Source of the DNA: Chrysomallon squamiferum
Taxonomy: Eukaryota > Animalia > Mollusca
Length of the DNA stretch: 64,000 nt
Assembly: GCA_012295275.1 (NCBI GenBank)
Contig: CM022678.1
Location: 14,818,001 to 14,882,000, forward strand
Reading direction: 5' to 3'
The notes below the pieces were generated by a model that had not been told where the DNA came from, did not search any database, and was given only the letters and a program-made list of their open reading frames with translations. Position numbers and translations under genes: made by a program. Numbering within the stretch: the first letter of the stretch is position 1; each line of letters starts with the position of its first letter. This document shows positions 44,682 through 62,567 of the stretch, piece after piece.

Positions 44682-47600
44682 GTTTGTTTACAAACACATA
44701 CATATATATATATATATATACATATTTTTTTTTATCGCTGCTTACATTAATAAATACGCTTTTCTTTATTCAATTATTGTGTATATTACCCATTCAAGAA
44801 AGTTTTATTTGGTAAAAGATATTTGAATAATATGCGAAATTATAAGCTTGCAGTATTGGTTTCCGTTAATACCATGATTACAAGATAGCATACTTAAACA
44901 ATAATTATTGTTTTAAACGTTGTTTAATATAACTGACAGTAAGATTAGAAATCATTGTCATTATTTACTGTAGCATTTGCTTCATTAATTTAAAGGATAC
45001 AAAAGTTTAAAAAAATTCTGTTATAAATCATTATTTACACTGTCAAACATTTAATTACATGTACCTTGTTTTTGTTTGTAAATGTTTGAGGTTTTATACT
45101 ATTATGTTAGCCATTTCAAAAAGTTTGTAATTTATTAGTTAAATATTCTTCAGCGTGCTCTCTATTTGATTAAAGAGAAAAACATAGTAGACAATTAAAT
45201 TTAGAGCATTTAAATAATCTCCTATAAATATATTGGCCATTGTTTTTTGGAACAGTTTAATTTCATTTTTCTTTCTGATTTATTATCTTCATTATGTTTA
45301 TCTATCATATATCTCTGTCTGTCTGTCCGTCTGTCATTGATATATACTAAATCTTCATTTACATACATACATATGTACATATTTATGGGAATCCTGACAT
45401 AAAATTGTCTTAAAACTGAGTATTTTGGTCATTATTATTATTATTTTTTAAATTGTTATTACATTTATTTATTGCTACTTTGGTTCATTTTTTTTCTTTG
45501 ATAAAATTTGATTATTTTATTTAACATAACGATAATTAGTTTAATAAGAGCTAGTGACTTCTTATAATAATTAATTATAACATGAATTAATGTCTTGTTA
45601 ATGCACTTACTTTATTTTTTATTTGTATTAAAATTAATATGCAGTCCTTTAACTGTGCTGTACTGTTATGTTTAAATTAATTAATTAAATTATTTATTAT
45701 TATTGTTATTATTTATAAGACTAAAAATATATATTTTTTTTACAGGAATCAACTGCATCAGTTAAAAATTTTAACAATGAGAGATCACCACAAAGAACAC
45801 GAAAAAAGCTCACAGCTGCAGAGCTTAAAAAGATGCCATTGCAGCAAAAAAAGCAGATACCTTGCTGTGAGTAGCTATTTCAGCTGTTTCAACTTGCTAT
45901 ACATTTCATGGTTTGCAGTATTTTCTTAATTTAATGCCAGTTTTTATTTATTATAACTTATAACTGTTATTTATATAAAATAAATTTCTTTAATGGAAAT
46001 GTTATTAATTTTAAAATTTAATTTTAAAATGGAATTCTTTTTTTAAAATACTGTCTCTTTATTATTATATTTTTGTTTTTTCAGTATGAAGAACCTCCAA
46101 AACATATTATTGAAGCTCAGAAAATGACCATGAAGAGACTTAAAGAACTGAAGAATAAAGAACTTCAGTAATTAAATGAAAATTATTAAAGTTGTTTCAG
46201 TAAATGTTTGTTAAATTAAAATAAATATTTTGCAAAATCATTACAAATTAATGAACATAAAACATCTTAATAATGCTTAACTACTTATTGAGAAGGTCAG
46301 GATGATACAAAAGACAAACAATCTTCACGGTTTCACACTGTTGTTTTTATCATTGTCACATAGTGAGACTTCAATCAATTACTGTCACAGATTGACTTGT
46401 CATTTACTGTCATATTGGTATTTTCAGAGAGACAGCGCCACCTTCAGAAGATGAAATTTTAGACAAAGAAAAACATGCAAAGCTCATAGGACAGCTGAAG
46501 TAAGATTTATATTTAATCTGTTTATGTCTGTGAATCAGACAATAAAATTTAGTGTTCTTATATAATTTCTTATGTTTGTGAAGATCCACAATGATTATTT
46601 TGTAGAGGTTATTTACATGCTAAATAAAATAATTCTGGTTAATATTTGAATAGTTTAGAATGATTTTTCTTGAAGAACAAGTAACAGTAACAGCACAAGT
46701 AAATAAATAAAACCTGAAAAATATATAAAGTTATTTAAAATATTAAAAATCTGGACACTGAATTGTTATAGAAGTTATTTGTAAAGTTTATTCTTTGAGA
46801 GTGGTGCTTTAACTACATTAAACAAAACAAACAACATGACAGATTTTTATGCAACAGTCATTCATAAATATCTGATTCATGCAATAACATTTTGTCTTTG
46901 TCTCTCTATGTGAACAAATACAGATTGACTGATAAATAATGTAATAAACCATTCTATTTCAGAGCTGTCTCTATGTGAATAAATACAGACTAACTGATAA
47001 ATAATGTAATAAACCCTTTTATTTCAGAGCTGCAGAATCGAGAAACAGATTACGAATTATGAGACTGAGATATCAAGCAAACAGAGTAAGTAATTATTTA
47101 ATATACAATTTTAATTTCATTTTAGTTATCCTTACAATGATGTTCTTTTCATTTAAACTGTTTTTCCAATGAAACCATCTGTTTAAAAAAATAATAAGCT
47201 AAAAATGAAAATATATCTCTGTGCTGTATTGTTATAATTTCAATTCATAAAGCATAGCTCTAAACGTGAATTCTTTTCAACTGCAAACAGGCTCAGGAGA
47301 TAACTCATTTGATATCATGTCAGCCGATTGCTTTGAAAGCTGTTCGACTCCAAGCTTTAGTGCCACCCTACCCAGAACCAATAGACGAGGGAGATAAACT
47401 TGAAAAACTTGATGTGAGTATAATAAAACAAGAAACAACTCTAAGTAAAAAGTGTTAAAAGTTTTATTATTTTTAAGTAGTATCTAAGAAAAACGGGATG
47501 TCTTTCGATAGCATTAATTTCCTGATAAACAAACTTCTATCAGGCAGTGCCTGGAGGTAAAGTGAATGACAAAAATACAGGTGATATAAATTCAGTTGAG

Positions 47601-47846
47601 CACCAATGTAAGTGTTGTAAAGAGTTTGACTATCAACAGTACTGCTTGTAATAATAAATTCCTAATTAATATTTTTATTCTAATAAAGAAACAACACTGA
47701 TTCTTAGGTTACATTCTTTGGTCTTCTTTAATAAATGGCTGTTGAAGTATTATTTATTAATGTAACTTTTAAAACTTTTTCAGAGAGAAAGAGTAGAAAG
47801 TCTATTAGAAGATGCCAAGGGTCTCCTAACAAACAGAATACAGTGA
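44676..47846 (+). CDS. LKAAEAR1: LKAAEAR motif-containing protein 1, copy B (full length; +1 A in a homopolymer in the second coding exon)
   Basis: Exons 45746-45866, 46085-46167, 46428-46499, 47028-47085, 47291-47413 and 47784-47846; the last four are identical to copy A. The first coding exon ATG GAG|gtttgt at 44676-44681 is tentative. Exon 45746 reads ESTASVKNFNNERSPQRTRKKLTAAELKKMPLQQK, then an A7 run (45846-45852), then SRYLA|YEEPPKHIIEAQKMTMKRLKELKNKELQ. Confidence 0.85.
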
Positions 47847-50800
47847 AGTTTTAAACTATTTTTTTAAAGAAGTGACTGGTTGGCAAGGAACAGTGTCCAC
47901 GAAACAGGCACAAGCAAAGATTATTATTTTTTCATGGAACATTTTTAAAAGACCAAAAATTGCATTTAATCATGATTTATTTATTTGAGAAAAATAGTCT
48001 GAACATAAGCTAGTTACCATAAACATGATTTTTAATATTATTGAATTGCAATGTAGAAAATCTTTTCATCAATTCACATGATAATAATGGCATTTCTTGA
48101 GCTGTCTCATGATAAACAAAATTGCGTTTATGTAAATTATTTTAATTAGTCACTGTTTTAACAAGTTATCATCAATACATTTTAATATATGCAGTTGCAA
48201 TGAAGAAAATAATTTCCTCAATTTACATAATATTAATATTTGCATTTGTTTGTCTGCCTCAGCTGAATTGTTAATTCACATTTCCTTTCCTTTCACCCTT
48301 TCCTGAATTATTCATAACCTCCTGGCACAATTTTATTATTTTTATTTCAATCATGATTTTTATTTTTGTTGTCACAGGCTGTCTTGTCATTTCAATGTTA
48401 TTTTGGTATATTTAGAAACAGCACAACCTTCAAAAGAATAATTTTAAAAAAGTAAAACTATTTTATATTTTAATTTTTTGATTAAAATTGTACATAAAAT
48501 ATGGAAAGCATCAATTTGATCATTTACAGAAATTAGTAAAAAATGTATTATTTAATGGTAAAAATTTATTTAAAAGAATCTCTGTGAAATTTATAATATA
48601 GATATTTATTTTTAATTTGTATGGCTTGTTTAGATTACTGCAAATAAATTATGCTGTGCAAAAACTGATGTTGTTCTGTTCTGTAATACTAACCATTTTT
48701 GTAAGAATGAAATCTTTATGAAAAAACGCTGATTTAATTTAAATAGTTCTTTAAACAATAGGCAACATTTTATGAACAATATTTTGATTATTGCTAAAGT
48801 GATATTTACGAACAATTCAGAATACCCTGAGACAGAATTGTCTTTACTTTTTATTTTGATTATTATTATTATTATTATTTTGTGAGAACCGCCCCAAAAA
48901 TCCTTAAGACAAAATTTTAAATAATTACATACATTATTGTCCAATAGATTTCTGATAACACTAATAATCTTTAACTAAACTACTTTCAACAAAATGGGTT
49001 ATATTTTGTCTTTTATTTTTATTTCCAATATACTTTTATTATATTTCTGCCATTTTTAATAAAGATGGATAAAAAAGCTATCTCTTTCTATCAATATTTT
49101 ACTGTGCTAATTCCAGTTATAAAATGGGAAGTAAGAATTATATTGTATTTTGTGTTTATATTTATGCATTTTATTTTGTCTTTTTATAGATTTGTTCTTA
49201 AAGTTATAACTAAAGGATTTTACATTGTTAAATGTGTTGACTGAATATCTGTTTTATTATAATACTGATAAAAATAACAAACCAAATTCTTCTGTTATTT
49301 GGTATTGTGGCAAGTACGGAGCATTCTTTTTTTTGGGGTGGGGGAGGTAGGTGGAGTTTAGTGAAAGTAGTTTCTTGGTGTTTTTCAATATTCATCACTG
49401 TAAGGTTCAACTTGGAATTGAAAGTGGGCATCAAATGTTTGATTTTTCAAACTCTTTATGATCAGATGCTTTTGTTAGTTACCAGATTTGTGCTTCTGGG
49501 ACTTGCTATAAATAAAATCTGTATTTGTGAATACAGCAGGAGGTGTACTCTAAAATAACAAAACAAACAAAATTTCATAAAATCTTTTAAATAAAGTTCA
49601 TGCCTTTCACTGTTGAAATAGAATTTAAACAAGATGAAAGTTGAAGTTTGATAAAATTTAAGTGAAATTTAAAATTCAAAGTTACATTCTTTATTTTTAT
49701 TGTAAAATATAACGTGGATACAGGCAACTAAATAACTTTGTTTTGCTTTATTAATGTCAAAAAAAAAAAAAAAAAAAAAAAATCAGTACTCATAACAAGC
49801 TTTCAATTGAGGTATTATAATTTTCATATTATTACAGATATCTACATTTATAATCACACCAATTTAATTTGTACCAAATTTGAAAATTATAAAATAAATT
49901 GTTGACTGTATTATTTGATTATAAACATTTTAACCAAAAATAAATAAACAAAACTAGGAATAAATAAATGTATGAAGACAACGTTGATGTACATGTAATG
50001 AAAATTGAGAATTAAACTGAATTAATAAAGGAAATTAAAAAAAAACAAATGAACATCCGGTTTTTTCGAAGATTTTACATTTCTAACTATTATGAATATA
50101 ACCACAATAACAAGGTTTACCTCTGTCTCAAGGTGACTCCAGGACTTTATTTTCCTGAAAAGTAATTTTAATAACATTTTGTGAAATAATTGAAATTCGA
50201 AGTTTAAAAACCCGATCAGAGGTTTCCGAGCGCTCACGGAACCTTCCGATCGAAATCCAAAGATGGCAGCGTCGAATGCCGATCAGGGTAATTTTGGGGA
50301 AATATAATCATATAATCAGTGCCTCGTATACATATCTATTATTGAGTAGAAGTTGCTACAAAGGTCGAACAAATTAATTTTTCACTCTTTTTCGTTAAAA
50401 CAAAAAGCATGTCACGGTGACTGGTCTGAGTGGTATCAATACCTAAAATTTGGTAGCAGATTATAATAGCGTCACGTGACAAATATTAATTATCTGAGAC
50501 GGCTTAAACTACTAAATAACTATTCAGTATCCACTTGAAAACAATAACACAAACAAGAATTCAATGGGATAAAATTGTGTTAATATATATATATATTTGA
50601 CATAAATTTAACCCTCACTATAGTTAAATCGTACGATTCGAACGTAACAATTTAAAAGCAAATAGAGTTGATCGATAATATTAAACTAATTAAGCCCAAT
50701 TGGTTCCTTTATTTTTCTAACTAATCTTTTAATTATTAACATACGTTTTCTTAGTTTTTTAAGCGTAAGCACGTACCACAGAATAACAATAAAAAATCCA

Positions 50801-51627
50801 ACAGTAATAGATTTAGCAATCTTTAATCACTTAACATATGTACATACAAAAAGCATTAAAACATAATTACGATTGCCTGAGTGGTCCTTTGTCTTGTGGA
50901 GACGGCCGTCAGACAACGTGTCTCAAGCAGGGCACCGATCAAACAGCTCTCGTTCAAAGTGCATGCCGACTACTTGTATAACCATCGCGCGGGCGTTCAG
51001 TAAACACCTCTGCCTTTCTGAATTTACTTTGCAACTTAATGCCCATTTTGAGTTTGTTAATCCCAGTGTTTCTTAGTTTATGAAATGACGGAACTTCCCC
51101 TAATTATGTAATTACAGTTTCTAAATAGCCCATTTACGACTGCTAACGCTCTGCTATTTAGTCTTTGTGTATTTACCCAGATTTTCTGACATTAATTAGG
51201 TAAACATTTAAGAACTGTAAAATATAAAGTATAAATATGATTATACAAGATAGCTAAACAAATATTCCACAAAAATAATAATATACTTAAGATAAAATGT
51301 AGCAGACATTCTGCTTTAAATAGGCAAATACAAATAAAGGTGTGTATAATATTATATAATTCACTACAAAGAAAAAAAAAAAAAAGAGACACTAATGAGT
51401 TTCCGTCACATTCTAAAACGTACTATTATTTACGCAAACAGTGAGTTTCCTATTTTAATTTTAAGTTTTATGTTAATAATATAATCTACAATAAAAATGT
51501 AATCTATATTCTGCACAAATAAGATTGTATAAAATAATTTTATCATTTAATTAACAATAATTTGAAAAAGAATTTTATTTTCTATCAGAATATTTTTTAA
51601 AAATACGAAATTTAATATACGCATAAC

Positions 51628-51758
51628 AGTCATGATAGTAGCATAATTTAGCCAATTCTCGGTCGTTTGCAATGTTCCGGGATCAGAACTAAACTTATCA
51701 GGATAATCCAAAACATTATATCTTATTGTACTTTGATAAAATAATAAATTGTTAATTT
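51628..51758 (-). pseudogene. Relic PEBP first coding exon, duplicate of 5410-5540
   Basis: Same sequence as 5410-5540 within the duplicated block; ATG at 51716-51714. Confidence 0.6.
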
Positions 51759-51937
51759 TTTTTCTACGAACTTTTTAACATTCGCGCATGCACACTTGCA
51801 CCTAGCCAAGAAATAAGATGGGTTTTGATAACCATATGGGTTATGATTTTGGCCACGCTTTTGCAGTTTGTAATTTTTGTATAAACATCAGTAGCGCGCT
51901 TTCGATTCGTATACTCATGCTTGAATCTTGTGTTATC

Positions 51938-51983
<46 letters not shown>

Positions 51984-52400
51984 TAATATATAGACAAGAA
52001 AAAAAACAAAAGATAAAAAAAGCGCCGAAATGTTCTCCATGAGCAAACAAATGAAATTTCAAAAAATGTTCGGCCCCTCACACTTAAAATAAAACAACGT
52101 GACGCTAATCAGAGCAGGAGTTGTCTTTATTTTATTGATATTTCTCTGAAGGAAAATAGAAAAATGGTTAATCAAAAATTGTCTATGTTTGTTTTAGGAT
52201 CATCCTTCCATGATCGTTTTTCACGTTCCAGCCAGTATCACCGTTTTCATGTCTATGACTAGTTAAATCTTAAGTAAGCTAAACAAAACATATACGAGAC
52301 ACACTAAGGGTGAACAACAAAAACATATTAGAGCTGATTTCAAACGCAAGAGGTTTATATTTAGACAAAAATAAACTGTATAGTTTTTAACTATCTCTTT

Positions 52401-55562
<3,162 letters not shown>

Positions 55563-56441
55563 TGTATCTTATTGTACTTTATAAAATAATAAATTGTTAA
55601 TTTGCTGATGAATATTTAGAAAACAATATTTTTCTTGCTCTATGTTGTATCAATAAGATCTGCTAGTTTCTGCTATGTAGGTCATGGTTAGATGACGTCA
55701 TTTGAAATGTTTCGACAGTAAAAACTATCAAGTACTCTTATGCTTTATTCTTGAAATGAGACGTTAGAAATAATAAATATAAATGTATAAAATATGTATG
55801 TAAAACGAGAAAAAAGCAACAACAAGAACCTAACAAATTTCTCAATGGGTATAAAATTTAAGTAGCACCGGTATTTTTGACGCCTCTTTTTCCTCTCACT
55901 ACGTGATAATTACAGAATGTCCGGTGTAACGGAAGTAAATGAGCTCATTAATAATATTAAATATTTTATTTTTATTTATTTATTATTATAATTTTTTTTT
56001 TTTACTTTACCGTTTACGTTACTGTTATTTAATGCAATGCCGATCAGGATCATACTGGACTGTTGATCATTCTTGTAATGTGACTGAAAACAAGAAACGG
56101 GCAACTGGCTCAAAGAAGGTGTATGAAGTTATATAGTTTCCCGAATAATAGCTGTGTATACAGTCAGCTAAATATTACAATTTCTCTGGAGTCACATATT
56201 CAGATGCACATACTGCTTTCAGACTATCCGTAAATATTTATGCAAATAAATAATTAAATTAAATTAAATTAAAAACAATGTCCAGTCTTTCATAAATATA
56301 TTTTAGAAACGTTAAAAATTAGAAAATATTACAAAAAGAAATTATATATTTAAGATCTGAATCACGACAGTATACAAATATTTGATCGAATGTATTTATT
56401 TTCTTTATGATTTTTGTTATTTATGTATCTGTGTTTGACAC

Positions 56442-56617
56442 TGTGAGTCACCTACAAGAACACGAACTCCATTAACACAACTTTACTGAACAGGAAGCTG
56501 ATACACACAATACAGGAAATACCCAAACACGAGACATGCGCTCGCACATAACACCGAAGTATAACGAATGTTCACGATACCGAACACTGACGGACACTGA
56601 CAAGAGTTCTTGTTACA
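56442..56617 (-). mobile_element. Possible short solo LTR
   Basis: 176-bp GC-richer segment bounded by TGTAA...TCACA on the minus strand with an internal AGTAAA; not seen in the paralogous site near 36300. No clean target-site duplication. Confidence 0.4.
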
Positions 56618-56650
56618 TTGACTTGTAAAGTCCCACAATATAAACACACA

Positions 56651-56708
<58 letters not shown>

Positions 56709-57509
56709 AAAACAACAACAAAAAACGTGTTTGCAACATGCTGTCATTTTATTTACTTTCGAAGTTTGTACTTTCCTGTTTAAAGTTATATATCTTAAGC
56801 CATTTTGATAAACGTACACCGGTGGAAAGCTCTGCTTTCTCACTACATCATGATACAACAGAGTTTTTTTTTTAATTTTAATTTTTTTTATTGGTATTCG
56901 GCCCTATCCGGGAATTATCCTTTCTGAAAACTACGTCAGCGACAATGATAGTCTAAAATGTGTCATACAGAATAACTAAAGATGTAAGGATCCAACTGGT
57001 AAATGGCGGTAAATTCATATTCGGTGATTTTTTTCCCCGAAATGCAATTTATAATACATTTTATAGAATTAAGAAATTCAGTTTATGTGTAGGATTACAT
57101 CAGAAAACTCATGATTAGTTGTACGTATGAATCTCATTTGAGGCCATCATCGTAAAATTCGTGTAATTAAAGATAACAGTTATCCTGCTAACTAATGTAA
57201 CCTGCCTGCTGATGACTAAAATAAAAAGAATTCACTGAATGTTTTATCAGTGGTGGAAATATTTTGTTTCTTGTTAGACGAATTTAAATAGAAAAACACT
57301 GGCAATTGTTTCTCTGTAATTTGAGAAACGATCTGGGTATTCATTTCATTGAATTGCAATTATCCACCAGATAACACTGACGAAGAAAACTGATACATGT
57401 AATCAGTAATCACAGTGACATACTTTCCTTATCACATATAGTTCTTAATAACAAACATAGCTTTTTTTTTAATATAAATATATTTTTACTGTCAAAAAAA
57501 AAATAAAAA

Positions 57510-57850
57510 ATAAAAATCTGGTATACCTGTTCTCGCATTTAATAATATACGATCATTATATTCAAAAATATAGTGTTATTCATCTCCAATTTTGTTAAGA
57601 TTACAAATAAGACTTTTTCTGTTTTCTCTTACAATATTAGACCATCGTCCAGTTTCAAGAGGAAGTTTAGCATTCGAGGTTCTAAATTTACATAAGACAT
57701 AAGCATTATTTTGAGAGAGCAAAGTAAGATAGTTTTCTAGTTTCACTGGAGACGTTTCAGTTTGATTTTTCCATATTTGTTGAAACTGATCATGCAATAT
57801 TTTGGATACCGTTTCACGTAGCCATTTAACATTATCAAAATTGTGACATG
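57510..57850 (-). mobile_element. Decayed LINE ORF2 C-terminal fragment (RTE-X/CR1-type CCHC region)
   Basis: ORF 57576-57881 reads KWLRETVSKILHDQFQQIW...LENYL...LCKFRTSNAKLPLETGRWSNIVRENRKSLICNLNKIGDE*HYIFE, the typical FR.S.H.L.IETGR...C..C...DE.H motif. Clade assignment is uncertain. Confidence 0.8.
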
Positions 57851-58563
57851 GGTCCATATATATATATATTTTAACACACATATATATACATATATGTTAA
57901 ACCACAATCATCTATAATACTTTTTACAAATTTATTCCAAGGAGAATCAGTAACATGCAATAAATAATATAGTTGTGAGGAAGTCTGTTTCGGCTTTTGC
58001 AAATTAGGTTTTCCCCCAAAAGGCTATCATTCTTACTTTCATAGAAATAGTTCACCATAGACCATAAAGACAGTTCAGAATATATTATAGTAATTTGAAA
58101 TAAACAGTCTTGTGACATAATGTATGATGTTTTTTTATGGGTCGCAATATGGAATTATTACCAATTTCTTGTTCGATTTCTGTTTCGCTAAAATGTTTAC
58201 ACTTAGAAAATGACTTAATGAATGACTAGAATATGTAACAATAAAATAAATAAATAAAAAAAGTAAATAAAGGATATATTTATTTAGGAAAAGGGACATA
58301 TATCTGCATTACAAAATTATTTATTTATTTGTTTATTTGTTTATTTTACGGTTTGATGTTTATTTTTAAATAGTAATCACATGTTTCGGAATACGGAGGG
58401 CGTAATAGTGATACTGAGTCACACCGAATTCATTACATTTGGTGGTAGACATCATATTTCAGACAGTGGACATGTCTTTGCAATTTTCAACAATACAACA
58501 ATATGCAGGTATAGTTCTCATTTGGTTTCAGTAGTGATAACAACAAACAGTGAAACTGCTAAC

Positions 58564-58628
<65 letters not shown>

Positions 58629-61515
58629 CAGTAAATAATAAAAATAAAATAGAAACTGAAAAGATAGAGTTTCTTTAAATGAATAACTTTTTTATTTAAC
58701 TCTCAGTACATGTAATTTGTGATTATCAAGTGTAAAACTCTTGATACAAATATTTTTCTTTGAAATGTTTGTGTTTTAAACTAAAATGGAATTATTCAAT
58801 ATGTTTATTGTACAAAGCCTCCCCATCAGCTTTTCATACTGTAAAAATGTGGATGTGGAACTGAAGCAGTTTTACTGCGCCCGGAGGCCACGACTAAAGA
58901 ACTTTGACAGATGATATTAATATTTAAATTCATGTAACTGGATTCTCCTCAGGTTTGATGGTAATGAACTTTATTATTAAATTTTGATCATATTGTTGGT
59001 CAGTATATTTGTTTACAATTATTTTCTTTTTCAAACATCAGGATTTTGTTTTAGTTTAATTTGTTCTGATTTTAAAACTATAGAATCTTTATTTTTCTTC
59101 GTTTTAATTAAATACAGTTTTAGTAACCTGGTCAGTTTGTCCTAAAATTTACCGAAACATTAAACTTTAGTGTATATAACAGCGATATAATACAGTATAT
59201 AAATGTCATATAGCATGTAAAGAAAAATGTACAGTATAAAAATGTACGTTAGTCTGGATTAAGTTTGTTGGATTAGCGTGGTTTTGGGTGCAGTTGTAAA
59301 ATTTACTCTTACGTTGATGGAAAGAAGGTTGAGAGAGGGTTCCGTGATCATATAGCAGGGACTCAGAATAACTTAAGATGTAACGTTTCAACTGAGAAAT
59401 GGCGGTAAATTCATATTTTGTGACTTTTTCAAACATTTGGTCCGGATTTTCCGAAATATAATTTATAATACAATTTACAGAATATAGAAATTCAGTTTAT
59501 GTGTAGAGTTATATCACAAAATTCATGAGATTCGCGCATGCGCACTTACTCGTTGCCAAGTAAAAAGATGGGTTTTGGTACAAACCCTCAAATTATGATT
59601 TTGGCCCCGCTTTTGCAGTTGTAATTTTCGTATAAACATCAGTAGCGCTCATGAATCGAAAGCGAACTATAAATAAACACTGCCGATCCTATGTACAGAA
59701 AATAGGTTCATACATTTCTCAGCGAATGTCCAACAGAATCGTTTTAAATTTTCAGATATTTTTCATAACACTAATATTCTATTCTTTCTCGCAAACGTCT
59801 CAAAGAATTTACAAAGGCGTCTATTAACGATTGACAACTACACTATAACTGAGATGTTATTATAAAAACTCTATTTACTTGTATTTAATTAATTAAATTA
59901 TATTACTTGTTTAACTTAACTATAATAAGTCTGCACCTACAAAAAGTAGCAGTCAAGTGATCTAATGCACGACATATCAGCGATAATAGAAAAACAGTGG
60001 GAACTGTTTATTTGTATTTAGGGACACCGCGATCTTCATCCAGCAGATAACAATCAACAAGAAAACTGATACATATATAAACGGTGTCCTCCCATAACGC
60101 AGACACGTTAAAACAATACGGTTGAGCGCATTACTAATGCTTGCTGTTTACCTTGAATAATTCAGGTAATAAATAATAGAATAATCTGAAGCGAACTAAA
60201 TTCAGAACATAGAACAAAATTACATAAAATTAGCTTTATTTATAGATTTATTTATAGCTTTTTTAAATTGCATTTACCCGACTATAATTAGGCTCTCGCT
60301 CTCTTGATGAAATGAGTAGATGTAAGAAAACACTGTAAATAGGTGCAATATAAAACAACACTGTGGTAAAGTCAGTGAGCTAACTGATTAACACAGCTGT
60401 TTCAATGTAGAGGTAGCTTGCTGAACAGACTGGAACAGTACCACTAATGAATAAGGGGTGTAAAGGGTACATTATAAAACCCAATAAAGAGTGATCAATA
60501 ATACGCTTTCTGAACAAGACACTCACAGTATATCACACTATCACTGAGTTGTTTTTACAAAAACTGTATTTATATGTAGTAATGTATTTGCTTATTTGTT
60601 TGTTTATTTGTTTGTTTATTTGTTTGCTATTTGTTTGTTTATTTATTATTTAGTTTAATAGTTTAACTTGAACATACTAATTTTGCCACTGTGACTGTAC
60701 AGGTTTTTAATCTGGTGTTTGTTTACGCTTGAGAATTTTATTAGATTTCTTTTTTAACTTAAATATAATAAATCTGTCACTGCAGTAAGTATATGTCACG
60801 AGTGTATCTCAGAGGTACCTATGGGACTGTTTATTTGTAGTTAGGGAAACGACCTCAGTATTCAGTCTTTGGGCTGACAATTATGTACAGATAAAAGCAA
60901 GCAAACAAAAAATATCTAGTACCTATATGGCCGTAACTCTCATGCTTCACAGAGGATTTTTTTTTATTATATATTTTTGTTTAGCCCCGCTGCTCTCGTG
61001 ACTAAATCCTAGTACGGTTACGACGTATACAATCAATGATCAATAGCCTTTCTAAACACGACAGTTCAGAATATATTACAGTGATTTGAAGAAAAAAACT
61101 GGAAAATCTTATATGTTGTAATACTGTTCTAGTAATTTGGATAGTGTGTTTCTCAAATCAGTATTGTAACTAACAACCAAAAAAGAAAAATTAATCTTGT
61201 GTGATTTATATGGGTCGCAGTATGGAATTATTACCAATTTCTTCTTCAGTTTCTGTTTCACCAAGAAGTTCATACAACAGTTTTAGACAGAAATTAGAGG
61301 AGATCTAAGAGAGAGAGAGAAAAAAAAAAAAAAGGAAAACGAAAAAAGTGTTAACAAATACAGCAATGAATAAACCTGTTAAGAAAACATGGAATATGGA
61401 ATTATTACTAATTTCTTCGTCAGTTTCAGCTTCGCAAAAATTGATAATTGTTTAGAAAAGAAGTTCATAAAAATGTCTTAGACAGAAAATAGAGGAGATC
61501 TACCAGGAAATGGAA

Positions 61516-61848
61516 TTTGGATCGATTGGAGGTTCATTGTTTGAAATATGCACACACCAGATTGTGTTAAAAAGACTATCTGTCGAAGATTACTAGGACG
61601 TAACAGTAAGTAATTTAATGAATGACTTTGGATCGAGTGGAGGTTCTTTGGTTGAAATATGCACACACCAGGTTGTGTTAAAAAGACTATCTGTCGAAGA
61701 TTACTAGGACGTAACAGTAAGTAATTTAATGAATGACTTTGGATCGAGTGGAGGTTCTTTGTTTGAAATATGCACACACCAGGTTGTGTTAAAAAGACTA
61801 TCTGTCGAAGATTACTAGGACGTAACAGTAAGTAATTTAATGAATGAC
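61516..61848. repeat. 111-bp minisatellite, 3 units
   Basis: Units start at 61516, 61627 and 61738 (tttggatcgagtggaggttc...taatgaatgac); only a partial single unit exists at the paralogous site 11721-11780. Confidence 0.95.
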
Positions 61849-62531
61849 TAGAAGCAATAATCACTTTACCTAATAAGAATATGTAACAATAAAATAAATA
61901 AATAAACTATATTACAATATTATTTATTTATTTAATATGCCTGTAATTAGTTTGGTTTATATATTTGTCTGTTTATCCAAATAGATATATATTTTATATA
62001 TGACTTTATTTATTAACAAATTATATAAGAATAAAACAACCAGCATGATGTCACGTGGTCGTATTCACCAGTTGGAAGCCATTAGCAATTGTGAACTACT
62101 TCGCCAGAAGCGGACTCGTGCTTCAAACATTGAGAAATTTGTCAGTGTTTTCCACTTGCGTTTCTGTGTTTCTCAGTTTAAACAATAGCGATATTTTTAT
62201 CCTCATTGAATTATAATATATTTTTTTTTTTTCATTTGTTGTTGACCTTTACATTGTGGTTTCAGTTGGTATGTTTGAATTTCAGATGCATTTTCAAAGT
62301 ACATATATCATAGTATTGTACCTTAGCGTGGTTAAAAAACAACTAATCTAACACTTCTATTGTTTTAGCACTCGATTTGATGTCTTTTTAATTTTTTTAT
62401 TTCAGACAATAGCGATGTCTTCGCAATTTTCGATACTACCACAATATGCAGGTATAGTTTTCTGCAGATTTCAAAAGTGATAATAACAAAAAGTGAAACT
62501 GTTAAATAATAATACTAATACTAATACTAAT

Positions 62532-62567
<36 letters not shown>

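Noticed and set aside
61478-61864. 128-aa minus-strand ORF with a 37-aa repeat
   Set aside because: Explained by a 111-bp minisatellite that is stop-free in one frame; no recognisable domain, and the paralogous site at 11.7 kb is truncated.
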